A stretch of DNA of 64,000 nucleotides from an uncultured Bacteroidales bacterium (GCA_937901025.1 CALCGR010000151.1:2714-66713); one strand, 5' to 3'. Positions 1 to 8,374 are shown, numbered from the stretch's first letter. A program made the numbers and translations. Notes: generated by a model not told the origin, from the sequence alone.

Positions 1-324
1 GTAAGTAATGCCCCCGGCAGACCCGGTTGGGTGATCGTTAAGAAGAAACCCGGACCACGTAACCCGAGGGGAAAAAGAAAGAACCTATGGGTGATGCCGG
101 AAACACAAAAGATGGGTGTCGATAAACTGAAGGCGAATCAAGCAAAAGCCTCCGAGATTTACAAGGACTCCGAAAAAAGAGAGCAATTAAGGCAAGAGTA
201 TATCCGTTGGAAAAGTGAAGAGAGACGACACGGAAGGGACGGGTATCTGTTTCACGGGAAGCGATGCCGCTATCTATGGGACTATGTGAGGATAAAAGTG
301 GGGGTAGAGGGGGTAGAGGAGTAG
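1..324 (+). CDS. Unknown basic protein, C-terminal fragment (frame open from base 1)
   Basis: Frame +1 has no stop from base 1 to TAG 322-324. K/R-rich stretch KKKPGPRNPRGKRK. No family recognised. The stop codon lies inside repeat A1. Confidence 0.3.
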   Translation, partial: VSNAPGRPGWVIVKKKPGPRNPRGKRKNLWVMPETQKMGVDKLKANQAKASEIYKDSEKREQLRQEYIRWKSEERRHGRDGYLFHGKRCRYLWDYVRIKVGVEGVEE

Positions 325-344
325 GGGAGTAGAGGGGTAGGGTA
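299..344. repeat. Micro-array family A copy A1, (GTAGRGGR)n, G-rich strand on +
   Basis: gtgggggtagagggggtagaggagtaggggagtagaggggtagggt. Degenerate tagagg units continue to about 445. An 11-nt tandem duplication of gaccagaaac lies at 379-400. Confidence 0.85.
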
Positions 345-497
345 TCGTTAGGACACCTATGGAAACAGAGTAGAGGCAGACCAGAAACTGACCAGAAACC
401 GAGTGGATGTTGAGTGATAGAGGACGGTTAGAGGCGGGGGAGAAGAATGCGCATTTTGCAAAAAGTGCGCATTTTTTGTTGCAAAAACGTAAATTTA

Positions 498-529
498 TTT
501 GCGTATATGAAAAAAAATCCGTAATTTTG
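498..529 (+). promoter_or_regulatory. Bacteroidetes-type promoter P1 (for the PIN TA pair)
   Basis: TTTG 498-501, 20-nt spacer, TAATTTTG 522-529. Belongs to the conserved cassette aaatttgcgtatatgaaaaaaa..gtaattttgcag. Confidence 0.7.
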
Positions 530-559
530 CAGCGCAAAACTGCAAAAACAATTAAAATT

Positions 560-799
560 ATGATTCCTGTAGTAGCACGCACATCTCAACAATTCGGGTT
601 AAATCCGATGCAATTACATTTGGTAAGTATGCTGAACTTTAATTCAACGAAGGCTGCTGAACAACGCCTTAAGGTTGCGTTGGAGCAATTCTATCTTACG
701 GAGTTTAATCAAATGAAGGAGCATCTCTACGCGTCCGGAGAACTAACTGAAGCTGCAATAACCGAGGGCGCTAATAGGCACTTCCGTACTCCGTATTGA
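560..799 (+). CDS. Putative antitoxin partner of the PIN toxin (79 aa)
   Basis: The first ATG after promoter P1 is at 560. The stop at 797-799 abuts or overlaps the PIN gene start. Small and helical-looking. Assigned from position only. Confidence 0.55.
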   Translation: MIPVVARTSQQFGLNPMQLHLVSMLNFNSTKAAEQRLKVALEQFYLTEFNQMKEHLYASGELTEAAITEGANRHFRTPY

Positions 800-801
800 T
801 T

Positions 802-1215
802 ATGAATGTAGTTCTAGATTCTAATGTGATTTTGCAGGTGGCTTTTACACAAAAACCACTTAAAATTGTTTGGGATAAATTGTTGGAGGGATCTTACACC
901 TTGTGTGTGACGGAAGATATTTTATATGAGTATCAAGAGAAAGTAATTGATTGTTTCCAGAATGAACAGTTAGCCAATCTTCTGATTAACACCTTGCTTA
1001 ACTGCTCGCATGTAAAACGAATTGATGCGTTCTTTAGGTATAATCTTATAACATCTGATCCTGATGATAATAAGTTCGTGGATTGTGCTTTAGCTTGCAA
1101 TGCGAAATATATTGTAACGGAAGACTCGCATTTTGAAGCATTGAAGGGGATAGACTTCCCTAAAGTGGATGTGATTAATTTGTCGGAATTTATATCTATT
1201 CTGCAAAAAAAGTAG
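802..1215 (+). CDS. PIN-domain toxin (VapC-like ribonuclease)
   Basis: N-terminal VVLDSNVIL, DPDDNKFVDCALA and C-terminal YIVTEDSHF acidic motifs are typical of PIN toxins. An alternative TTG start is at 796. Confidence 0.8.
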   Translation: MNVVLDSNVILQVAFTQKPLKIVWDKLLEGSYTLCVTEDILYEYQEKVIDCFQNEQLANLLINTLLNCSHVKRIDAFFRYNLITSDPDDNKFVDCALACNAKYIVTEDSHFEALKGIDFPKVDVINLSEFISILQKK

Positions 1216-1239
1216 TAAAATATAGGTATAAACTCTTTA

Positions 1240-1273
1240 GCGGTAATATCAATAGCGATATTATCGCTTTTTT
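1240..1273 (+). terminator. Rho-independent terminator after the PIN TA pair
   Basis: Arms gcggtaatatc (1240-1250) and gatattatcgc (1257-1267) with one wobble, then TTTTTT at 1268-1273. Confidence 0.7.
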
Positions 1274-1335
1274 GTCCCCTAAAATTAGCAAAATATAACT
1301 TTTTGTGAAATTGTTCCTTTTTTATTGCAAATAAA

Positions 1336-1367
1336 TTTGCATATATCAAAAAAAAGTTGTACCTTTG
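1336..1367 (+). promoter_or_regulatory. Promoter P2 (giant surface protein gene)
   Basis: TTTG 1336-1339, 20 nt, TACCTTTG 1360-1367. Same cassette: aaatttgcatatatcaaaaaaaagttgtacctttgcag. Confidence 0.7.
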
Positions 1368-1391
1368 CAGCGATTTTTGAATGGAGAATAT

Positions 1392-1423
1392 ATGCCCTTC
1401 CCGAAATAAAAACGGGGGGGGGC
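1392..1423 (+). promoter_or_regulatory. 5' leader element: 5-codon mini-ORF, hairpin and G9 homopolymer
   Basis: atg ccc ttc ccg aaa taa at 1392-1409. gcccttcccg (1394-1403) can pair, with G-U pairs, to cgggggggggc (1413-1423). Nine consecutive G at 1414-1422. Confidence 0.4.
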
Positions 1424-1500
1424 GTAATTTATTGATATATAGTGAGTTAGAAACGAACTAAAATATAAATAACTTTAAGTTTAACTAAAATTCATTTATT

Positions 1501-4500
1501 ATGAAAAAATTTTCATTATTTATGCTAATGGCAGTCGGACTGCTGATTAGCGGAAGTATGTGGGCAGATACCCCGTATTGGTATTCCTATCTTAGCGAAG
1601 AAACAGAATCAAGTGGAACAATTTATGGGCAGCAGAGTCAGACTTGGGAGCAGGATATTTGGTTTGCCTTTGATGGTTTTACGAGTACCGTGGTAGAATA
1701 TCCAAATCCACCCATATTCGACCCTGATAATGTTTGTAATGATTCACACCAACAAGACTTATGGTCTCTCTCTCATGTGGTAAAAATGATGAAAGATGGA
1801 TTTTTGAAATGGTCGGGAGTTAGCACTGCAGTTGATGAAGGTTCTAAGGGTTCTCAATCGTTCATCTTGAAAATGGACAATCATACTCTGACGATTGATG
1901 AAGATGGGATGTTTGATATAAGAGGGGTAATGCCCAATTTGTATTGTCCTCCTTTTTTCGCAGATGATTATAAAGCCTCTAACTTCACTATTAGTGGTGG
2001 CACAACAAAAGGAGTGATAGATTGTAAAAATTCTGTTGTTCCTTTCCAATTAGGTATTTGTTCTGAATTAACTTTGGAAAATGTTGAGATTAAAACAGTA
2101 AACGACATAGTGGCAATTTCATCTACCGGAGGTGCGTATGAAAAAACAAGTCGTAACGGATACATACCTAATAAGATATTAACCAAAGGAACGGTAAATA
2201 TTAGCAAGATTAGTATTGACGGATGTGGCTACTCTTCTACTACATCAAATACAAATTACATCCCTGTTGTTGAAAACTCGGGTAATTTAACAACTACAAT
2301 AAATACTAAAGGAAGGAAATCTGCTGTTCTTCCAGAACTTCCTGTTCTTGAGGTTAAGAACAATGCCAATGCCACGATGAATCTTAGCATTGTTATGAAT
2401 TATACTAAAGAAACATATGGTTATGGTACAATCAACATCACTAACGAAGGTACAATTGTCATTGAAGGCGGTGAAATTCTTGGTGGTATTTCTTATTCAG
2501 GAAATGGTACTATTCAAATGAAAGCTGGAACGATATGTGAAGCTGCATACGAAGCTTTAGTAGCTACCGAAAAGTTCTCATTGTATCCTGGTACGACGGA
2601 AGCTTCGCACACTGGTGGAAAGTACGTTTTTGAAGCAGGAAGTGCGGTTCCTGTTGCAAATATAATTAAAGATGACGTTATTACCGGTTGCTCTTCTCTC
2701 GAAAATGCATTCGGAGGAGCAACAGCCGGTTCTACTATTCAATTTGTAGGAGAGGGAAGTTCCTTGACTATGAGCCAAGATGCCACCCTCGCTTCGGGTG
2801 TGACTCTTGACTTAAATGGTGGTACTTTAGATTGTGGCGATTACCGTTTGTCTATGGGTGAAGGTTCCAATACCTCTATTATCAAAAATGGTTCGATAAC
2901 AGGTAGCAATAATAATGGGCTTATAGCTATTGAGAATAATTGCGCTATTGATTTCCAAAATATTACCTTCAGCAATGCTGCTAAACAATATGCGATTGAA
3001 TCACATCAATCAAATGCTACAAATGTATCTATCTCAATTGACGCAAATACAACTTTTGCGAATAGCGATTATGCATTGTTTATGAATACTACGCATACAA
3101 CGGTTACGAACTATTCCACTATAGGTATTTCTTCTTCAGGAACGATAACTTGGAGTGATAATGCTACTATCAACAATTACGGAACATTGAACTATGGCGT
3201 TAATACCACTGCTACCAATGGCGGATCTAATATGACTTTCAACAACCACGCTGGTACGATGAATATCCTCAAAGGTACTTATAGCGGATGTACCTTTACT
3301 GTTGATGGTGGTACGATGAATGTTGGGAGCAAGGATTTGACGGTAAAAAATACAGTTACGTTCTCTCGCACTTCTGGCACATTGAATATCGTAGATGGAA
3401 ACTTTGTCGGTGCCGATGTTTCTGGTGTTGTTTCTGTTGTAAAAGGTGGTTCCTTCAAAAAGAATGACGCAACCTATAGTTGGTTGAATACTTACAAGCA
3501 GTCTGATTTAGATGTTGTTGCAACAATTGTAAACAGTAAAGAAGCGTATGTTGTTGCCTCTTCCTCTGCCTTTGTTGCCGAGTGGAACGGAATGAAATTT
3601 ATCTATTTGGATGATGCTATCAAAAAAGCACAAGCAGGTGACGAAGTAAATTTGATTGGTAATACTACGGAAAGTGTGACTATCTCAAAGAATATTACAC
3701 TGAATCTTGTTTCCGGCACACTGACGGGTAATGTCACCATTGCTGCGGATGTTACGATTAATGGAACACTCCAAGAGGGTGTTTATCAAGGCACCATCAA
3801 TGGTGGCAATGGCTCTGCTATTAAGTTCAGTGGCAGTCGCACTTTGACTATCAATGGCGGTAACTTTACTGCTGAGGGGACAAAGCCAGTTATAGATATG
3901 AATAGTACCACAAATACTGATGTTTATGCTTTGATTGTCAACAATGGTAATTTTGTTGGTTCGTCAAATGTATCGAAAGATGGTTCAATCATTTCTACGA
4001 CAAGTGCAGGTTACAATAGAGCAAATATCACGATAAATAGAGGCGAATTCAGTATGATGGCAGGAAAACCCACAACCAATAAATTGGCATTGATTTGCTT
4101 TGCCCCAATTAATAGCAATGGTTCTACATTGACTATCAAGGAAGGTAACTTTACTATTGATTATTCTGTCAAGAATACTGGCAATTACAACTGGGCTTGT
4201 GTAGCTGCTTCTGGACAATACAACACTATGAATATTACCGGTGGTTCGTTTGAAAACAAAACGACTGCTGATAAATATAGTAGTAGTAACGTAGGTTATG
4301 GTAATGCATTGTTGGTTTACGATGCGTTTGGTTCCGTTTCTCTTGCTAACGCAAAATTCAAGAGTTACGGAAAAGCAGGTTGGATTTGGGCAAATCAGAT
4401 GGCTCTTAAAGAATTCGATGTTGATAATGTTACCTTTATTAGTGAGGCTCAAAGAGCACTTGATTTAGGTACATGGAAAGATAACCAAACAATGACTATT

Positions 4501-6771
4501 GCAGGTGGTTATTTTGAAGGAGATTTTGGTATATTTATTGGCGGCAGTGCTACTGCAACGGGAAAGATATCTATTACGGATTGCAACATTGATGCAAAAA
4601 CAACTGGTATCGGAGTTACAAGCACTCAATATACAATCGCTATCACCGGCGGAACCATCATCAGTGGTAAGAAAGGTGTCAATGTAGGATGCGAAACCAT
4701 GATGACTATTGGTGGTTCTGCATCCATCAAGGGTGGTACTTATGGAGTTTACAATGATAAGGGATCTATCAACATCACCGGTGGCCGTATCTGGGGTGAG
4801 ACCAACTCAGTGTTCAATACGAAATATTTGGAATGTGCAGGACTTCAAGGAATAGTTGAAGTAACTGGTGGTGTGTTCAATAATCGTCCTGTACCTGAGG
4901 GTTATATCGTTCGTGGAGGAACGCCTGCTTCTGCACCAAAACGCGCTGCATCAGGCCTAATTGCTGGTGGCGGTGACGGAACACCTCCAGGAGGAGGAAA
5001 TAAACCAGAGCCTTGTCCTAGTGATGATCCTCAAGAAGGCAATGCTACTATCTTAGGTGTTGGATTAGATGTTATCACAAATACAGATAAAACAACATAT
5101 GACTTAGGCTATCTTTATACCGTTGGAAGACTAACAGGAGCAAATATCTCGGTTAATCCAGATGCTGAAGATAGTGGATTAGGTCTCGATTGGTCAGAGA
5201 ACGACACTTGGACAAATGGTACAGAAAATATGATTCCGACTATTTCTGATGATGTAGTTATTGAAGGCAGAACAGTTGTTGTCGGTAAAGACGGTAAAAC
5301 AACGGATGCTGTTGCCAATCAAGTAACTGTAAAGGGTGGAGATGATGGTAATCAAGGTGACTTGATTGTAAAAACAGGAAGCAGCCTTACTGTTGGCGAA
5401 ATCTTGAGTGTTGAAAAAGGTAATAATGATGCTTTAGGTAAAGTAACTGTAGAAGCCGGTGGTAAGTTATCCGTCGGTGAGGCTAATGACTTGACCAATT
5501 TGGACATCGTTTTGCAAGATGATGGCGTAAATGGTACAGGTGTAATGCTCTTCAACCCCGCGAACCCAACGCAAAAGGAAGTGTTCGCCACTATCGAACT
5601 TCGCACCAATGCACATAAGAACAATGATGGTACTTACTTCTGGAACTACATTGGTATTCCGTTGAAATTGAATGCTGGCGAGTTCAAGGCCGAAAACTGG
5701 GAGAAAGTTCCTGTAACAGCCGGTCAACCAACGGGCACATATTTGCAATCTTGGGACTTTACTCAAGGATGGGTGAATCAAACTATAGCGGCTTTCGCTC
5801 CATTCCAAGGAATGTCTATCGCCAACAATTCAGAAGACGGCGTTATCTATCGCTTCAAAGGAACGATGGTCGGTAATGCAGATAAGAAGATGGAATTTAA
5901 ACCTCGCGGATATAACTTCTTCGCGAACTCCTATACCGCTCCAATTGATATTCAAACGTTATTAGAAGAACAAGAAGCAGAACTTGGCGATGCTGTGAAT
6001 GCTACCGTTTATATGTTCGACACGAAAAACGGTCGCTTTGAAGGAGTGGCTAAAGGTGCTTTCGAAGGTTTCCATGCTCCGTACTTCCGTGTAATTCCTT
6101 CGATGAACGGTTTCTTCATTTTGAACAATAATACTACACCAGCAGAAAACACTATGGATTATGAAGATGCCGTTTATAACTGCGCATTAGGCAATCGTCC
6201 TATCTTTGCTCCGAAACACGAAGCCATGAACTTCTCTCGCGTTCACATCAATGTAGAAGCCGATGGTTCGAAGGATGGTTTGTACCTCATTGAGAACGAT
6301 GAATTTACCTCCGAGTTTGAGAATGGCTATGATGTTGTGAAGTATATGACCAAAGGTCAATATAACATCTATGCTCAAACTACTACAGGTCGTCAATCTG
6401 AACTCTTCAATAGCAATATCGAAGGTACGATGATTGGCTTCGAAGCTGCTGCAGACCAAACGATGTACACGATGAGCTTTGACGAAGTACAAGGCGACAA
6501 CTTCGTGCTGACCGATATGGTAACGGGCGAATCTGTTGAAATGAGCGAGGGTAACACCTATACCTTCTTCGCAGAGGCTGGTCAAAGCAATGATAACCGC
6601 TTCCTCGTAACGCGTGCGAACAAAGTTCCGACCACTATTGGTGGTTTGAAGAGTAACGCGAAAGCACAAGGTATCTATTCCGTAACAGGTCATTACTTTG
6701 GCAATGTAACCGAGTGGAACCGCTTACCGCAAGGCGTTTATATGGTCAATGGCGTAAAAGTAATTAAATAA
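1501..6771 (+). CDS. Giant secreted surface protein, predicted parallel beta-helix repeats, T9SS-type C-terminal domain
   Basis: Signal peptide MKKFSLFMLMAVGLLISGSMWA. About 1400 aa of G/N/T/S-rich imperfect repeats (..GGT..NI.G..). C-terminus ..GIYSVTGHYFGNVTEWNRLPQGVYMVNGVKVIK resembles a T9SS sorting domain. Confidence 0.75.
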   Translation: MKKFSLFMLMAVGLLISGSMWADTPYWYSYLSEETESSGTIYGQQSQTWEQDIWFAFDGFTSTVVEYPNPPIFDPDNVCNDSHQQDLWSLSHVVKMMKDGFLKWSGVSTAVDEGSKGSQSFILKMDNHTLTIDEDGMFDIRGVMPNLYCPPFFADDYKASNFTISGGTTKGVIDCKNSVVPFQLGICSELTLENVEIKTVNDIVAISSTGGAYEKTSRNGYIPNKILTKGTVNISKISIDGCGYSSTTSNTNYIPVVENSGNLTTTINTKGRKSAVLPELPVLEVKNNANATMNLSIVMNYTKETYGYGTINITNEGTIVIEGGEILGGISYSGNGTIQMKAGTICEAAYEALVATEKFSLYPGTTEASHTGGKYVFEAGSAVPVANIIKDDVITGCSSLENAFGGATAGSTIQFVGEGSSLTMSQDATLASGVTLDLNGGTLDCGDYRLSMGEGSNTSIIKNGSITGSNNNGLIAIENNCAIDFQNITFSNAAKQYAIESHQSNATNVSISIDANTTFANSDYALFMNTTHTTVTNYSTIGISSSGTITWSDNATINNYGTLNYGVNTTATNGGSNMTFNNHAGTMNILKGTYSGCTFTVDGGTMNVGSKDLTVKNTVTFSRTSGTLNIVDGNFVGADVSGVVSVVKGGSFKKNDATYSWLNTYKQSDLDVVATIVNSKEAYVVASSSAFVAEWNGMKFIYLDDAIKKAQAGDEVNLIGNTTESVTISKNITLNLVSGTLTGNVTIAADVTINGTLQEGVYQGTINGGNGSAIKFSGSRTLTINGGNFTAEGTKPVIDMNSTTNTDVYALIVNNGNFVGSSNVSKDGSIISTTSAGYNRANITINRGEFSMMAGKPTTNKLALICFAPINSNGSTLTIKEGNFTIDYSVKNTGNYNWACVAASGQYNTMNITGGSFENKTTADKYSSSNVGYGNALLVYDAFGSVSLANAKFKSYGKAGWIWANQMALKEFDVDNVTFISEAQRALDLGTWKDNQTMTIAGGYFEGDFGIFIGGSATATGKISITDCNIDAKTTGIGVTSTQYTIAITGGTIISGKKGVNVGCETMMTIGGSASIKGGTYGVYNDKGSINITGGRIWGETNSVFNTKYLECAGLQGIVEVTGGVFNNRPVPEGYIVRGGTPASAPKRAASGLIAGGGDGTPPGGGNKPEPCPSDDPQEGNATILGVGLDVITNTDKTTYDLGYLYTVGRLTGANISVNPDAEDSGLGLDWSENDTWTNGTENMIPTISDDVVIEGRTVVVGKDGKTTDAVANQVTVKGGDDGNQGDLIVKTGSSLTVGEILSVEKGNNDALGKVTVEAGGKLSVGEANDLTNLDIVLQDDGVNGTGVMLFNPANPTQKEVFATIELRTNAHKNNDGTYFWNYIGIPLKLNAGEFKAENWEKVPVTAGQPTGTYLQSWDFTQGWVNQTIAAFAPFQGMSIANNSEDGVIYRFKGTMVGNADKKMEFKPRGYNFFANSYTAPIDIQTLLEEQEAELGDAVNATVYMFDTKNGRFEGVAKGAFEGFHAPYFRVIPSMNGFFILNNNTTPAENTMDYEDAVYNCALGNRPIFAPKHEAMNFSRVHINVEADGSKDGLYLIENDEFTSEFENGYDVVKYMTKGQYNIYAQTTTGRQSELFNSNIEGTMIGFEAAADQTMYTMSFDEVQGDNFVLTDMVTGESVEMSEGNTYTFFAEAGQSNDNRFLVTRANKVPTTIGGLKSNAKAQGIYSVTGHYFGNVTEWNRLPQGVYMVNGVKVIK

Positions 6772-6967
6772 TTAATAATCAATAAAATAATGAATAATAT
6801 GAATAAAGTATATGTAAGCCCTGTGTGCCACCTCGATGAGGTGGCTGCACAGATGAGCGTAATTTGCAGCACGTCTGGAGAAGATATTCCCGTTTTAAGT
6901 CCAGAGAAAGATCATGGAGGAGTTGGCGTACCACAAGCTCCCAAAATTGTTTAAAATTGTTAATATT

Positions 6968-7663
6968 ATGAAAAAGTTTAGTATATTATTTGCGCTTGTG
7001 ATGACCATCTCCGCGATGGCACAAACGCCTGCGTTCAATCGCATAAGAATTAATCTGCAAAATACAAATACAACAAGATCTGATTATGCGTATTTAATTG
7101 AGTCGCCAGATTTTACGGAAGATTTTGAGAATGGCTATGATGTTATCAAAGGCACCTTAGGAGGGGATATCTTTGTGTATAGTATAACTACCGATGGAAG
7201 ACAATCGGATTATTTCAATAACACACTCGAAAATTTGCCGATTGGTTTTTGGAATAAGACCGATAATGCTGCTACGATGAAGTTCACTTTCTCGGAGATT
7301 CAGCATGGATTGGAGGGTGATTTTACGTATTATCTCAAAGATAATTCTAACGACTCCTTAACGATTATTAACCAATTTACTGAATATGTCTTTACCGCTG
7401 CTGCTAACGAACAAAACGACACTCGCTTTATGATTGTAAAGCCTGAGTTCAAAATCTGCACCACTTTCGACCACGTAGAAATCTACGAGAACCAAGGTTC
7501 GGACAATATCGTCATCACCAAGATGGCGGGCGATACCGTGGTTAATGTAGCTCCGGTACCCGTTTATCAAGCAATCGACCTCTCCGCTCAACCCGCCGGT
7601 CACTACTTCCTGTATGTGAACGGCGAGCAGTACGAGTTCTGCAATAAACCCGAAGCGAAGTAA
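6968..7663 (+). CDS. Secreted protein paralogous to the pre-CTD region of the giant protein
   Basis: Signal peptide MKKFSILFALVMTISAMAQ. DFENGYDVIKG, TDGRQSDYFNN and NDTRFMIVK match EFENGYDVVKY, TTGRQSELFNS and NDNRFLVTR encoded at about 6230-6620. Confidence 0.7.
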   Translation: MKKFSILFALVMTISAMAQTPAFNRIRINLQNTNTTRSDYAYLIESPDFTEDFENGYDVIKGTLGGDIFVYSITTDGRQSDYFNNTLENLPIGFWNKTDNAATMKFTFSEIQHGLEGDFTYYLKDNSNDSLTIINQFTEYVFTAAANEQNDTRFMIVKPEFKICTTFDHVEIYENQGSDNIVITKMAGDTVVNVAPVPVYQAIDLSAQPAGHYFLYVNGEQYEFCNKPEAK

Positions 7664-7664
7664 C

Positions 7665-7741
7665 GATCTTTGAAATATTCGGACGCCGCCTTTCGCTTTG
7701 CGAAATTCCCCCGAATATGGGGATGTGATCTTTGAAATATT
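7665..7741. repeat. 15-nt perfect direct repeat pair bracketing a hairpin
   Basis: gatctttgaaatatt at 7665-7679 and 7727-7741. Between them atattcgg (7676-7683) pairs with ccgaatat (7711-7718). Confidence 0.8.
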
Positions 7742-7754
7742 GGATTTTACCGCT
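7741..7754. repeat. Left copy of a 14-bp inverted repeat flanking the vapD cassette
   Basis: tggattttaccgct is the exact reverse complement of 8338-8351. Confidence 0.8.
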
Positions 7755-7800
7755 GATTAGTGACATTTTTGCCATTAATTAGTTAAATTATGCAGAAAAA

Positions 7801-7832
7801 TTTGCATATATGGAAAAAAAGTTGTACCTTTG
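7801..7832 (+). promoter_or_regulatory. Promoter P3 (vapD pair)
   Basis: TTTG 7801-7804, 20 nt, TACCTTTG 7825-7832. Cassette aaatttgcatatatggaaaaaaagttgtacctttgcag. Confidence 0.7.
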
Positions 7833-7858
7833 CAGTCGATTTATTAAAAATAACTCTT

Positions 7859-8035
7859 ATGAAATTAGGTGATAATGTTTTTATCTCTCCCGATTTAACT
7901 CGTTTATCCAATTGGATTCAAGGGAATATTATTGACGTGGAGAATAATCCGTACAACGGAACTGTCATTTCTGCGAAGACATCTGATGGGAACATCTTCT
8001 TCGGAGTAGCTAATCTTTTTAGACCTATTGCCTAA
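7859..8035 (+). CDS. Small protein upstream of vapD, putative cognate antitoxin (58 aa)
   Basis: First ATG after P3. TAATG stop/start overlap with vapD at 8033-8037. No family recognised, so the role is inferred from position. Confidence 0.5.
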   Translation: MKLGDNVFISPDLTRLSNWIQGNIIDVENNPYNGTVISAKTSDGNIFFGVANLFRPIA

Positions 8036-8310
8036 TGTTTGCTCTTAGTTTTGATATGAACATTGCGGATTTAGAGGCTAATTATGGTAAGCCTTATAAT
8101 CCGGCGTATTATGAAATTAAGCGCATCCTGAAGCAGGATGGATTTTATTGGTTCCAGGGTAGCACTTACATGACAGATAGCAATGACCTATCGACCATAT
8201 TTAAGGCTATCATGGATCTTAAACAAATAGATTGGTTTTGTAAATCAGTGCGCGACATTCGTGGATATAGGGTGGAAGATTGGTCCGATTTCACGAGTTT
8301 GATAAAGTAA
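8035..8310 (+). CDS. vapD: VapD family endoribonuclease (Cas2-like fold)
   Basis: MFALSFDM.., EANYGKPYNPAYYEIKRIL, GFYWFQGSTY and WFCKSVRDIRGYRVEDWSDFTSLIK closely resemble Helicobacter/Haemophilus VapD as I remember them. Confidence 0.85.
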   Translation: MFALSFDMNIADLEANYGKPYNPAYYEIKRILKQDGFYWFQGSTYMTDSNDLSTIFKAIMDLKQIDWFCKSVRDIRGYRVEDWSDFTSLIK

Positions 8311-8337
8311 TTACCTTTCCTTATAGTATTTTAAAGT

Positions 8338-8351
8338 AGCGGTAAAATCCA
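8338..8351. repeat. Right copy of the 14-bp inverted repeat flanking the vapD cassette
   Basis: agcggtaaaatcca. It overlaps the 5' arm of the terminator hairpin. Confidence 0.8.
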
Positions 8352-8374
8352 TTAGCGATTTTGCCGCTTTTTTT
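8339..8374 (+). terminator. Rho-independent terminator after vapD
   Basis: gcggtaaaatc (8339-8349) and gattttgccgc (8357-8367) with one wobble, then T7 at 8368-8374. Similar in sequence to the terminator at 1240-1273. Confidence 0.75.

Noticed and set aside
1216-1480. AT-rich near-direct repeats (taaaatataggtataaactcttta at about 1217 and taaaatataaataactttaag at about 1459) flanking promoter P2, considered as a possible invertible-promoter switch
   Set aside because: They are direct rather than inverted, imperfect, and of the kind expected by chance in AT-rich intergenic DNA. No site-specific recombinase gene is nearby.
6790-6954. 54-aa ORF (MNNMNKVYVSPVCHLDEV..) and an 8-bp perfect hairpin, gccacctc/gaggtggc (6825-6843), between the giant protein gene and its paralogue
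   Set aside because: It is below the ORF-track threshold, matches no recognisable family and has no promoter box. The hairpin inside it is more simply an RNA-stability or terminator element after the 5.3-kb gene. I cannot distinguish it from chance.
7790-7858. N-terminal extensions of ORFs reading through promoter cassettes (also 407-559, 12791-12829, 17572-17610, 31885-31947)
   Set aside because: The extensions translate the conserved promoter DNA itself (..KKSCTFAV.., ..KKCSTFAL..). An in-frame ATG lies directly downstream of the -7 box and gives a canonical N-terminus or signal peptide, so the shorter starts were used.
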